A stretch of DNA of 64,000 nucleotides from an uncultured Acidobacteriota bacterium. GTDB lineage: Bacteria > Acidobacteriota > Vicinamibacteria > Fen-336. Each line of letters begins with the position of its first letter. Position 1 is the first letter of the stretch. The notes below the pieces were generated by a model. The model saw only the letters and a list, made by a program, of their open reading frames with translations. It searched no databases and was not told the origin of the DNA. Below are positions 1 through 11,367 of the stretch, in pieces. The stretch lies in assembly GCA_963720545.1 (NCBI GenBank), contig OY970399.1:1728001-1792000 (forward strand), written 5' to 3'. A program made the position numbers and the translations under genes.

Positions 1-1
1 G

Positions 2-283
2 TTCGCGAAGCTGCCCGCGGGCACGCTCGACTCACTGCTGAAGCCGGAGAACAAGGCCAAGCTGCAAGAGATCCTGACCTACCACGTGGTGGCAGGAAAG
101 GTGATGGCGGCAGACGTGATGAAGATGAGCTCGGCCAAGACCGTCAGCGGCGACACGCTGGCCATTTCCTCCGCCGGCGGTGCGGTCATGGTTGGCAACG
201 CGCGCGTCGTCAAGGCCGATATCGCCGCTAGCAACGGCGTCATTCATGTCATCGACACCGTGCTGCTGCCGAGGGACAGATAA
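2..283 (+). CDS. Fasciclin (FAS1) domain protein, 5'-truncated by window edge
   Basis: Reads [30 protein letters not shown]...[15 protein letters not shown], the canonical FAS1 motifs. Confidence 0.9.
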   Translation, partial: FAKLPAGTLDSLLKPENKAKLQEILTYHVVAGKVMAADVMKMSSAKTVSGDTLAISSAGGAVMVGNARVVKADIAASNGVIHVIDTVLLPRDR

Positions 284-292
284 CAAGCGGCC

Positions 293-1678
293 GTGGCAGC
301 AAGCATTCTCCTCACCGGCGCAACCGGATACGTGGGCGGCCGCCTTCTTCGCAGCCTGGAGGAAGGCGGCCATCGCGTTCGCTGCCTGGCGCGTGAGCCG
401 CGCGAGCTTGGAGCGCATGCACCGACGACCGAGGTGATGCGCGGCGACTGTCTCGACACCACCTCGCTCGACCGCGCGCTCGCCTCCGTGCACACCGCCT
501 ATTACCTGGTGCACTCGATGGCCGGTGACGCGGAGTTCGCCGCGGTCGACCGTACCGCCGCGCTCAACTTCGGCCGCGCTGCAGCAGCCGCAGGCGTGCG
601 CCGCATCGTCTATCTTGGCGGCCTCACCAGTTCAGGCCGCGCAGCCTCGGAGCATCTCAAGAGCCGGGCCGAGACTGGCGAACACTTGCGTGCGGGCGGC
701 GTGCCGGTGGTCGAGTTTCGCGCGGCGATCGTCATCGGGGCCGGCAGCTTGTCCTACGAAATGCTCGCGGCGCTCGTCGAGCGCTTGCCCGTCATGGTGT
801 GCCCTCGCTGGGTGGCGACCCTGACCCAGCCGATCGCGATTGCCGACGTCGTGGCGTACCTGATGGCGGCGCTGGACCTGCCCGATGGCAAGGACCGCGT
901 CTTTGAGATCGGCGGTCCGGACCAGGTTTCGTACGGCGACATGCTGCGCCTGTATGCGCGCCTGCGTGGGCTGCGCCGCCTGCTGCTGCCGGTGCCGTTC
1001 CTGACGCCGCGCCTCTCCGGGCTGTGGCTCGCTCTGGTAGCGCCGGCGCAGGCACGGGTGGGACGGGCCCTCGTCGAGGGCCTGAGAAGTCCGACGGTGG
1101 TCCGCTCCAGTGCCGCGCACGACACGTTCGCAATCACACCGATGCCGCTCATCAACGCAATGATGGCTGCCATCGCCGAAGGCACGCGCGCGCGTGTGCT
1201 CACCGACACGCGCACCATCACGGTCGACGTGACGCCGGCCCGGGCGTTTGCACCGATCCGGCGCATCGGTGGCGCAGCCGGCTGGTACTTCCTGAACATG
1301 CTCTGGGGCGTGCGCGGCAAGCTCGACGGCTGGCTTGGCGGCGTCGGCCTGGGACGCGGGCGACGCGACCCGGACGCGTGCACGGTGGGCGACGCGATCG
1401 ACGGCTGGACAGTCGAGGCCTACGAGCCGGACACCCTGTTGCGGCTTTCTTCCGACTGGCGTCTGCCCGGCCGCGCGTGGCTCGAGTTCCAGGTTACGGC
1501 GTTGAGCGGCGGCCGGCGGTCGTTCGTCCGCCAGACCGCGACCTTCGATCCGCGCGGCCTGGTCGGCCGCGCCTATTGGTATGCACTCGTACCCGTCCAC
1601 AGTCTGCTGTTCCACGGCATGTTGCAGAGGATCGGCAAGCGCGCCACCACGGACGTGACAGCCTTCATGACCCGATGA
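293..1678 (+). CDS. NAD(P)-dependent epimerase/SDR-like oxidoreductase with C-terminal DUF2867 (SRPBCC-like) domain
   Basis: N-terminal LTGATGYVGGRL Rossmann motif; C-terminal RLPGRAWLEF...F.PRGL.GR.YWY. Confidence 0.85.
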   Translation: MAASILLTGATGYVGGRLLRSLEEGGHRVRCLAREPRELGAHAPTTEVMRGDCLDTTSLDRALASVHTAYYLVHSMAGDAEFAAVDRTAALNFGRAAAAAGVRRIVYLGGLTSSGRAASEHLKSRAETGEHLRAGGVPVVEFRAAIVIGAGSLSYEMLAALVERLPVMVCPRWVATLTQPIAIADVVAYLMAALDLPDGKDRVFEIGGPDQVSYGDMLRLYARLRGLRRLLLPVPFLTPRLSGLWLALVAPAQARVGRALVEGLRSPTVVRSSAAHDTFAITPMPLINAMMAAIAEGTRARVLTDTRTITVDVTPARAFAPIRRIGGAAGWYFLNMLWGVRGKLDGWLGGVGLGRGRRDPDACTVGDAIDGWTVEAYEPDTLLRLSSDWRLPGRAWLEFQVTALSGGRRSFVRQTATFDPRGLVGRAYWYALVPVHSLLFHGMLQRIGKRATTDVTAFMTR

Positions 1679-1747
1679 CAGCGGCGCGGCCCACGCGCCG
1701 GTGCACGGGGCACGGCGAAGTGGAGGCGCGCCACCGGGCGCCGTTGG

Positions 1748-4174
1748 TCAATACGCCCTCAATGTCTCAGCCGGATCGATGCGCGCGGCACGTCGTGCCG
1801 GGAGGTACGTCGCACACGCGGCCGTCAGTGCGAGTACCAACACCGCGCCCGCGAGCGTCGCCGCGTCGGTCGGCGTCACTCCAAACAGCAAAGCCGCGAC
1901 CCATCTCCCTCCGGCGAGTGCGCCGGTCAGTCCTGCGGTTACGCCAACCAGGATCAGGACCGCGCCTTCGCGAGCGAACAACCACACGACATCCGAGGGC
2001 GAGGCTCCGACCGCAAGCCGCAGACCGATCTCTCGTGTCCGCTGGCCGACCAGCGAAGCAAGCACGCCATAGACTCCAACAGCCGCCATGGCGACTGCGA
2101 TCGCGCCGAACACCAGGAAAGTCAGGAGGGTAAATTGGCGGCCGGCGATGGAGGCGTCGACGAGCTCCGTCAGGCGCTTGACGTTCGCGAGAGGCAGCAG
2201 CGGATCGAGCGCCGCGACCTCACGGCGCAAAGCAGGAACCAGCGTGGCGGCATCTCCGCCGGTTCGCACGGCCACCGTGAAGGCATCCACCGGATGCTGG
2301 TCGAAAGGGAGATAGATTTCCGCAGGCGTTTCCTCATCCAGGCCGCCGTATTTCACGTTGCCGACAACTCCGACGATTGTTTTCGGTACGTTGCGCGCCT
2401 GGCGCGCGAGGTCCGCGCTCACCCAGATCCGTTCTCCGATCGGATTCAGTCCGGCAAAGAATCGCCGCGCCGCTTGCTCATTGATGACGGCGACTTCGAG
2501 GCCCGCAACCGTGTCAGCGCCCGTGAAGAAGCGCCCACTGCGCAGCGGGATCCGCATCGTCTTGAAGTAGTTGGCGGTGATGATCCGCAACGACGCTGAC
2601 GGCATCGAGGCCGAGTCCGGCTCGGGCACCCCATCGCGCCGAAAGCCCGTCACGACATCGAGATCGCTCGTGAACGGCAAGCCCATCGCCACCGTCGCCG
2701 AATCCACTCCTGGTTCGCTCTGGACCTGCGACAGAAGCGCCGACACGAACGCCTTCAGGTCGACCGGGTCGGAATACTTGGCGGCGGGTAGCGACAGGCT
2801 GAATGTCACGACGCCGCCAGGATCGAATCCGGGGGCGACACGCTGGAGCTGGACGTAACTGCGAATGAGAAGGCCGGAGCCCGCCAGGAGCATGACCGCC
2901 AAGGCCAACTCGGAAATCACCAGGAGGCGTCGCGGGCTGGCATTGCTTGCGCCGACGACGCCGCGGCTCAGCGCAAGACCGTCGCCGCTGGAACGCCCGG
3001 ACGCCGCAATGGCCGGTGTCAAGCCGAAGACGAGGCTCGTCACGATTGCAGCCCCCGCCGCAAACGCCAGGACATGCGCATCGACGGCAACCTCTGACAG
3101 TCGCGGAATCGATGACGGCCCCAGGATCACGAGCGCCCGCACAGACAGGAAGGCCAGACTCGCGCCCGCGACCGTCCCCATCGCCCCGAGGATGAGGCTC
3201 TCGATGAGAAGCTGCCTGATCAGCCGTGAACGACCCGCGCCAAGCGCGGCGCGAACGGCCATTTCGCGGGCGCGTCCCTGGTTGCGGGTGAGCAGGAGGT
3301 TCGCGACGTTGGCACAGGCAATTAGCATGACGAGCGTAGCCGCACCGAGCAGCGCCATCAGGGTCGGTCCGCTATCCCGAGCAACGCGCTCCTGCAAGGA
3401 AATGACCATCGGCGTCGCGTCATTCTCGGTGTCTGGAAATACCTGCGCGAGGCGCCTCGAAACAGTCTCGAGAGCCGTGGTCGCCTGCCGCACCGACACG
3501 CCTTCGTTCAAGCGGGCCAGTACCTGGACCCATTGCTTACCTCGCGCCTCAGCCGCGAAATCCTTCGGGGCGAACATCAGCGGTTGCCAGAACTCGGCTG
3601 TCGCCGGAAAGTCGACATCGGGCGAGGCGACGCCGACGATCGTCGTGGCGTGGCCGTCGACGCTCGTCGTGGTGCCAATGATCTCGGGACGGGCACCAAA
3701 TCGTCGCTGCCAGAGTCCATAGCTGAGAACCATTCGATTGCCGTCGCCCTGATTGTCGGCCTCGGTGAAGGCACGGCCGCGCGCCATCGATGCGCCCAGG
3801 ACGGTGAAGTAATTGCTGGAGACTCGCGCGCCCGACACCCGTTCGGGGTCGCCGAAGCCCGTCATGTTCGCGGTGATCGGCTCGAGCGCGGCCGCACCGG
3901 CGAAGACGTCGCTTTGCGCAACATAGTCGCGAAGGTTCGAGGGCGACAGCCAGGGCGACACCTGGCCTCGATGTCCGTAAAACAGCGTGACCAATCGAGC
4001 GGGGTCGCGATACGGCAACGGCCGCAGCAACACGCCGTAAACGAGCGCGAATGCGGCCGTTGTCACGCCGATCCCAAGCGCCAGGGTCAGGATGGCGACG
4101 CCGCTGAACGCGGGTTGACTTCGGAGCAGGCGGCAGGCGTAGCGAAAATCGTGAAGCCAAGGAATCATCGGCAC
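1748..4174 (-). CDS. ADOP-family duplicated ABC permease (MacB-PCD/FtsX x2)
   Basis: DFRYACRLL...TLALGIG start, LLIACANVANLLL, REIGLRLAVGA, PARRAARIDP end; 808 aa. Confidence 0.9.
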   Translation of the reverse strand: MPMIPWLHDFRYACRLLRSQPAFSGVAILTLALGIGVTTAAFALVYGVLLRPLPYRDPARLVTLFYGHRGQVSPWLSPSNLRDYVAQSDVFAGAAALEPITANMTGFGDPERVSGARVSSNYFTVLGASMARGRAFTEADNQGDGNRMVLSYGLWQRRFGARPEIIGTTTSVDGHATTIVGVASPDVDFPATAEFWQPLMFAPKDFAAEARGKQWVQVLARLNEGVSVRQATTALETVSRRLAQVFPDTENDATPMVISLQERVARDSGPTLMALLGAATLVMLIACANVANLLLTRNQGRAREMAVRAALGAGRSRLIRQLLIESLILGAMGTVAGASLAFLSVRALVILGPSSIPRLSEVAVDAHVLAFAAGAAIVTSLVFGLTPAIAASGRSSGDGLALSRGVVGASNASPRRLLVISELALAVMLLAGSGLLIRSYVQLQRVAPGFDPGGVVTFSLSLPAAKYSDPVDLKAFVSALLSQVQSEPGVDSATVAMGLPFTSDLDVVTGFRRDGVPEPDSASMPSASLRIITANYFKTMRIPLRSGRFFTGADTVAGLEVAVINEQAARRFFAGLNPIGERIWVSADLARQARNVPKTIVGVVGNVKYGGLDEETPAEIYLPFDQHPVDAFTVAVRTGGDAATLVPALRREVAALDPLLPLANVKRLTELVDASIAGRQFTLLTFLVFGAIAVAMAAVGVYGVLASLVGQRTREIGLRLAVGASPSDVVWLFAREGAVLILVGVTAGLTGALAGGRWVAALLFGVTPTDAATLAGAVLVLALTAACATYLPARRAARIDPAETLRAY

Positions 4175-4207
4175 CCTCGCTATGTGTCGTCTAAAACCGC
4201 GCAGTCA

Positions 4208-4236
4208 TTAGACGTCAGGGCCCGCAAAGGGTTGGA
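4208..4236 (-). promoter_or_regulatory. Putative ECF sigma promoter for the ADOP permease
   Basis: Minus strand reads TCCAAC-N16-CGTCTAA, ~35 nt upstream of the start. Confidence 0.5.
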
Positions 4237-4312
4237 ACCGAGCTTGACCTTCGCCAACTTCGCCAGCAGCGGTTGCTCAAACGTTCGTCCCGGCGAAGAC
4301 GTCACAAACGGC

Positions 4313-5040
4313 GTGAGGCGACTTGTTCCGACTTTTCTATTTTGCTTCGCTGCGACCGCAGTACAGGGCGCCACGTGCCCATCGACACCAGCGCAATCGT
4401 CCGTTGCTGAACTGACCATACGCAGCAAAGTCTTTGGCAACACGAGGAAACTACGCATCCTCACGCCACCAGGCTACGACGACCCCAAGCGTCGAACCGT
4501 ACGTTATCCCGTGTTCTATTTCCTTGACGGCATAGCGGCCTTTGACGCGTGGGGGTTGCCGGAGACCGCGGCGGAGTTGTGGGCCACGCGCGCCATCCCG
4601 CCAATGCTATTTGTAGGGATCGTAATGCCCACTACCGCACCAACACAGACCCCGCTACGACCGGGCTGGCCGGTGACTCCTTCGCCGGCGCCGCCGCCTT
4701 GTACATAGCGATGAAGTACCCGGACCGCATTGGTGTGCTTTTGGTGGAAAGCCCTTCTCTGCACATTGGCAACGGGCGCTTGTTGTTGGAAGCAGCGAAC
4801 GCCAAATCGTGGCCGCGTGTGGTGTATCTCGGGGTTGGCACTGAGGAGGGCGACACGCGCGCGACCCAAGCCGAAATGCTGGCAAATGTGAGGAAACTCT
4901 GGTCTTCTCTCCGCGAGCGCCAGCCGAAGACTCGGGTCCACCTCGAGATCACGGCCGGAGGTGTTCACAGCTACGACGCATGGCACGAGCGACTCCCCGG
5001 CGCGCTGCGTTGGCTGCTGACATCCACCCGTCGCCGTTGA
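4313..5040 (+). pseudogene. Secreted Fes/IroE-like alpha/beta esterase, broken by an internal deletion/frameshift near 4623
   Basis: First frame: signal peptide, PPGY...RYPVFYFLDG...FVGI. Second frame: NAHYRT...GDSFAG...GGVHSYDAW. Confidence 0.75.
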
Positions 5041-5123
5041 CGGCCGCCGGCTTCGACACCGACAATCACTCTCTTCTGGTGGAGATCAGCGGCGATAGGC
5101 GGCGACCGAGCCGTGCGAGTGAA

Positions 5124-6248
5124 CTATTGGCACCGCCGGTCGGCGATTTGCCTGACCTTGGCCTGGAACGTCTGGACCCACGGGGTTACGTTGGCGGCCG
5201 GCTCCTGGCCGGTGACGGGATCAGGGAACCGTGCGGCGGTGAACATCGCTTCGATCTGCTTGGATGAGAGCTGCGTGAGTCGGGCGGCGAGCAGCGCCCG
5301 GCCCGCTTCAGAAATCACGGTCGGCGGAAATCGATTGCCGTCGTAGGGCAACGACTTCATGCTCACCAGGCAGCTGTGCTCGTCCTCCCAAATGGGCAGC
5401 GCCGTCCACGCGTTGTAGTTGACCCGTCTGGGGCCGAAGGTGGCGCCGAGATCCTGCAGCATGAGCAGTGGCTGGCGGCACGAGGATTGGTCGGCCGTCG
5501 CGCCGGTTTCACCCAGGCACACCAGCCGGTGGTTTGTCGACTTGTTGTCCCAGTGCGCCAGGAACACGGAGATCAGGCGCAGGCCATCGAGCTCGGCCCG
5601 CGCCGCCCCGCCCTTTGAGGCGTCAATGAGCGTGAGCTCCTGGAAGTCCCAGCCCTCGAAGGTGTCCACTTCCACAGCCTTGCCCGTGAACTTCCGTTCC
5701 ACAGACACCGCGTCGAAATCGCGAGGAGTGTTGTAGTCGATCATCAGATCCAGCAGTTTCGTCGCCAGGAACTGCTCTGCGACCTTGCGCATTTCGAACG
5801 GTGAGGCGGGACAGCCGAAGCATCGCACGCGATTCACGAAGGTCACACTGTCGGCCTCGAATCCCAGGGCGGCAAGTAGCCGCGTCGCCGCTATCTCGGC
5901 CTGACGCTCGAGGCTGCGGCCGTATTTGACCTTGACGATCTCACCGTTCTCGAGCCGGCAGTCGAACTTGGACGTCGTGCCGCTCGTCGGTTTCGGGACA
6001 TACTGGCAGGACACGGTGCCGTTGGGATCAAACGGCAACGTCTCGCCCGAGACCCTGGAAAGGTCCAACGAATCGATCGCCGGGGGATCGCCCACAAGCA
6101 CTCGCGCCCGCGAGAGGATTTCCTCCCGGGCTCGCCATCGCGGCGTCGTGTGATCGACCTCGTGCGCCGTGGCGCGAAGCACGGCAAATCTGGCCGGCGG
6201 TATGCACAGGACCACCGCCAATACGAGAAGCAAGGCTCTCCGATGCAC
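5124..6248 (-). CDS. Exported/membrane-anchored hypothetical protein with atypical (HipA/PI3K-like) kinase motifs
   Basis: Hydrophobic N-terminus, SGTTSKF, KVKYG, AEIAATRLL, HWDNKSTN, QDLGATFG; GTG start at 6248 chosen, ORF open to 6368. Confidence 0.6.
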   Translation of the reverse strand: MHRRALLLVLAVVLCIPPARFAVLRATAHEVDHTTPRWRAREEILSRARVLVGDPPAIDSLDLSRVSGETLPFDPNGTVSCQYVPKPTSGTTSKFDCRLENGEIVKVKYGRSLERQAEIAATRLLAALGFEADSVTFVNRVRCFGCPASPFEMRKVAEQFLATKLLDLMIDYNTPRDFDAVSVERKFTGKAVEVDTFEGWDFQELTLIDASKGGAARAELDGLRLISVFLAHWDNKSTNHRLVCLGETGATADQSSCRQPLLMLQDLGATFGPRRVNYNAWTALPIWEDEHSCLVSMKSLPYDGNRFPPTVISEAGRALLAARLTQLSSKQIEAMFTAARFPDPVTGQEPAANVTPWVQTFQAKVRQIADRRCQ

Positions 6249-6343
6249 GTTCGTCGCCTTTCGTGGGCCCGTCTCCCGTTGATGGTGAGGCGACCATGAA
6301 GCCACACATGGCCTTCGCAACGTCGGACCGGCGTCGGGTGTAA

Positions 6344-7797
6344 CTACGGTGTCGGCGCGTCCATCCACACGTGCAGCGCGTCGAAGAAGGCTTGTCCGGT
6401 CTGGTCGACGTAGTCGATTCGGTAGCTCAAGCGGGAAAAGGGCTTAGCCGCCACCACCCTCCCGAACTGCCGCTCCCAGTCGTGGGTTCCCCGGCTGAAC
6501 TGACGGTGGACCGTGCGCTGGGTGCCGTCGTCGTAGTAGACATTGAACACGATGGCGTACGGACCGCCCGTCTCTGAAGCACCAACTGCCTTGCTAAACC
6601 CCTCGAAATGGAGCACCGCTCCCGCCGGACCGCTGACAAAAATGTCCTGAGCAATTCGCTTGCTGACCCCGCCGGCGCCTGTGATGTGGAACGACAAGCC
6701 GCCTTCGAACGGATCGAACATGCGGCTGTCGCCTGAGAGCGCGTCGAGATTCGCCGTCCGCCAGCTGCGGGGAAAGCTGTCGCTCGCCGCCGAGGGCTCT
6801 TCGAGCGACGCGTTGAGGAGCAGTTCTTTGTCGAGGATCACAGCCAGGTTGCCAGAGTCACCAGTACTAAGCGGCACGTAGATCCGCCCAAGGCGCTGGT
6901 CGACACTGATCCCAGTACCCAAGGCACCGCTGAACTGGAACCGCCGCGTGATCTGGCGGGTGAGCCCGTCGATTTCCACTAGCGGCGACACCCCGAAGTC
7001 GCCGATGCCGGCGTTACAGTACACCTTGTTCGTCCGCTCGTTCACGGCCACGACGTAGGGCCTGAAGAAGGACAACCCGAGGGTGTTTGCGTCGATCGTC
7101 GCCACGACCTTGTTGGTCCGGCCGCTGATCACGGACATGGAATTGCTCCCGGGGTTGGCAACGTAGATGAGGTTCGTGGTCCGGTTGACCGCAACTTGAG
7201 AAGGGCTGTCGCCGACGCGTATGGTCTTGATCACGGAATTGGTCGTGGTATCTACCACGACGAGCTTGCCGTGTTGTCGGAGGCCTCGGGTAACGTAGAG
7301 GCGATGCGCCAGGGCAAGCCCATGCGCATTCGACACGACACCGATCGTCACGCTGCTGACGAGGGTATTGCTCGCATCGAGGATGTCCACGCGGGTGAGG
7401 TCGCCATAGCCGACGTAGACGCGGCCAGTCATGGCATCCACGGCCAGACTGGCCGGTTTGCCGGCGAGCGCGACGCTCGCAACAACCGTGTTCGAGACGC
7501 CGTCGATGATTGACAGCGATTATCGAGGAAGCTGGCGACGTAGACACGATTCGTCGCGGTGTTCACGGCGATCGCTCCGGGCTCGGTGCCGACTGGAACC
7601 GTGGCGAGCACGGTGCTCGACGCGCCGTCGATCACCGTGACCGAGTCGGCGCCACTGTTGGCGACATAGACCCGTCCCGTCATCGGATTGAAAGCGGAAC
7701 CGGCCGGCAACCGCCCGGTGATGACCGCACTGGCGTTTGCGGCAGCGAGGAAAACAAAAATAACGGCGGGAACGGCGATCTTCAACGAACGGTGCAT
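6344..7797 (-). pseudogene. YVTN/YncE beta-propeller protein with C-terminal CBM-like domain, single-base frameshift near 7518
   Basis: Repeats of RVYVAN..SVTVID in two ORFs (7429-7836 and 6344-7441); adding one base restores DNxLSIIDGVSNTVVASV. Confidence 0.8.
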
Positions 7798-8021
7798 GGC
7801 AGCCCTCCCTCGCGACGACAAGGAGGACCAGAACACACTGCGTGCCTTCGAGTCAACGTTCCCCAGGCTGCGAGCAACAACGACGTGAAGTGGTTGGATC
7901 TACAACGTGTGGAACGCGGCCTCGGCCGCGCAGGTGGTCGAAATCCAGCTCCGGAGGTACCAAGGAGGCACCAGAGATTTCCAGCAGCCTAGTGGTCGAC
8001 TCGTATCTTATTGACTCGATA

Positions 8022-8098
8022 TGGTGCACCCCGGGTGACTCGAACACCCAACCTACAGATTCGTAGTCTGTTGCTCTATCCAATTGAGCTAGGGGTGC
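8022..8098 (-). tRNA. tRNA-Arg (anticodon ACG)
   Basis: GCACCCCTAGCTCAATTGGATAGAGCAACAGACT-ACG-AATCTGTAGGTTGGGTGTTCGAGTCACCCGGGGTGCACCA; full cloverleaf with encoded CCA; TATAAT at 8115-8120 upstream on the minus strand. Confidence 0.97.
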
Positions 8099-8122
8099 GT
8101 GGCGCGAAGCGGTAATTATAGA

Positions 8123-8830
8123 TCAGGAGGCCGCTTTCCAGGCGGCTACGCCGAGCACGAAGACGAGCCAGGGGATGGCTACGCCCCATATCGCGGATGA
8201 GGTTGGCTTGCGGATGGCGGCGCCGTAGCAGATGGCCAGGAGGAACATCGACCACAGGGTGAAGAGGTCGATGCTCTTGGCCAGGTGGTAGGCCACTTTC
8301 GAGGCGGTGCCGCGGTCGAGGAGCACGCCGAGATTGGCGCCGATCACTTCGGTTGGATTGAGGTTCCAGTCCCCCTTCAGGTACATGATGAGAAGCATCA
8401 GCGGAATCGTTATCGCGCCGATGGCCATGACGTTGTGGCCGACGATGCCGGCCGACTGCTTGAAGGTGAGGTCAGGCGCCGAGTAGGCGAAGCGGTAGAT
8501 CAGCCAGTTGAGAAGACCCAGGCCGAGGACGAGGGCCGGGACGAAGACGAACGGACCCGCCCAAGCAATGATCGTGAAGAACTTTGCCTGGACCTCCAGG
8601 GCTTGCGGACGGTTCGCCGGCTCCACCTTGTCGAGCGTGCCATTCTCCTCGTTCTGGATCTTCATGAACTCGACCGGGTTCACCTTCTGCATCCAGAAGA
8701 TCGTGAACGCCAGGTTCATCAGCACCACGCAGAGTAGCGCCGTCCAAGGCTTCGGGTCCGCTGCGATTTCCTTCGCGGTGTCTTTCGGCGAGAACCAAAG
8801 GCCCGGAATCCGTGCGAGCACGCCCATCAC
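8123..8830 (-). CDS. Yip1-family membrane protein (YknW-like)
   Basis: FSPKDTAKEI..P N-terminus, ~5 TM segments, SIDLFTLW; last gene of the ABC operon. Confidence 0.75.
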   Translation of the reverse strand: MMGVLARIPGLWFSPKDTAKEIAADPKPWTALLCVVLMNLAFTIFWMQKVNPVEFMKIQNEENGTLDKVEPANRPQALEVQAKFFTIIAWAGPFVFVPALVLGLGLLNWLIYRFAYSAPDLTFKQSAGIVGHNVMAIGAITIPLMLLIMYLKGDWNLNPTEVIGANLGVLLDRGTASKVAYHLAKSIDLFTLWSMFLLAICYGAAIRKPTSSAIWGVAIPWLVFVLGVAAWKAAS

Positions 8831-8869
8831 AGCCTCCCCCGGCCCAGGCCAACGGGAGGGCCGGCCTCC

Positions 8870-10125
<1,256 letters not shown>

Positions 10126-10129
<4 letters not shown>

Positions 10130-11367
10130 TCGTTCCTCAGCGCTTCCACCGGGTCGAGCGCCGCAGCGCGTCCGGCGGGATAGATGCCGGCCACGAGACC
10201 CACCGTGCTGGCGACGCCGATGGCGACGGCCACGGCCCACAGGCGCACCGGCGCCGTGAAGTCGGCGGACATGATCCCGCCGAGCACCTTCGACAACACG
10301 AACGAGAAGGCCGCCGCCCCGAGTATGCCGAGCATGCCGCCCACCATCGAGAGCACCACCGACTCCACCAGGAACTGGCGCAGGATGTCGCGGCGGCGCG
10401 CGCCCAGCGCCTTGCGCACGCCGATCTCGCGGATCCGCTCGGTCACCGACACCAGCATGATGTTCATCACGACGATACCGCCGATGAGCAGGCTCATGCC
10501 GGTGACCACGATGGTGACGACGTAGAGCCCCTGGGTGATGCTGTTCCACAGGTCCATCACCGACTGCCCGGTTTCCACGGCGAAGTCGTCGGGTTCGTTG
10601 AAGCTGAGGTGGCGGCGGATGCGGGTGGCGACGCGCGCCTCGTCCTGCGCGCGCTCGAAGTCGTCCATGGAGCGCGCCTCGATCTGGATGATGATCGAGC
10701 GGCGATTGCCGAAGAACTTCTCGAAGGTGGAGATGGGAATCCAGGCGAAGTTGTCCTGGCTCTCACCGAAGACGCTGCCCTTCTTCTCGGCGACGCCCAC
10801 CACCAGCACCGGCCGGCTGGCGATGGCGATGGTCTTGCCGAGCGGCTCGGTCTGCCCGAACAGCGCCTCGGCGACGTCGGTGCCGATGACCGCCACCGGG
10901 CGCGCGCTGTCGATGTCGTCGGGAATCAGCAAACGTCCCGCCTCGACGTCGCGCGGGCTGCCGATGCGCGGAACGTTCTCGGTGATGCCCATGATCTGCA
11001 CGCCGCGCTGCGTGGTGCGCCCGAACTTCGCCTCCTGCGCGGTGTTCACCTGCGCGCCGATCTCGGCGCACGAGGGGCAGGTGCGCTTCACGAACTCGAG
11101 GTCGCCGACGTGGATGTCCTTGCGCTTCTGCATCTCCAGCCACTGCTCGCGGCTGGTGATGATGTCGGGCATCTTCTGGATGTAGAAACTCTTGCTGCCG
11201 AGCGCCAGCACCTTCTCGCTCATGTAGCCGTCGAGCCCCTCGGTGATCGCGACGACCGCCACCACCGAAGCGACGCCGATGAGGATGCCCAGCACCGTCA
11301 GGAACGAGCGCAGCTTGTTGGAGCGGAGCGAGGTGAGCGCGATGCGCACCGCTTCGAAGAACGGCAT
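10126..11367 (-). CDS. MacB/FtsX-like ABC transporter permease
   Basis: NKLRSFLTVLGILIG, MNIMLVSVTERIREIGVRKALGA. Confidence 0.92.
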
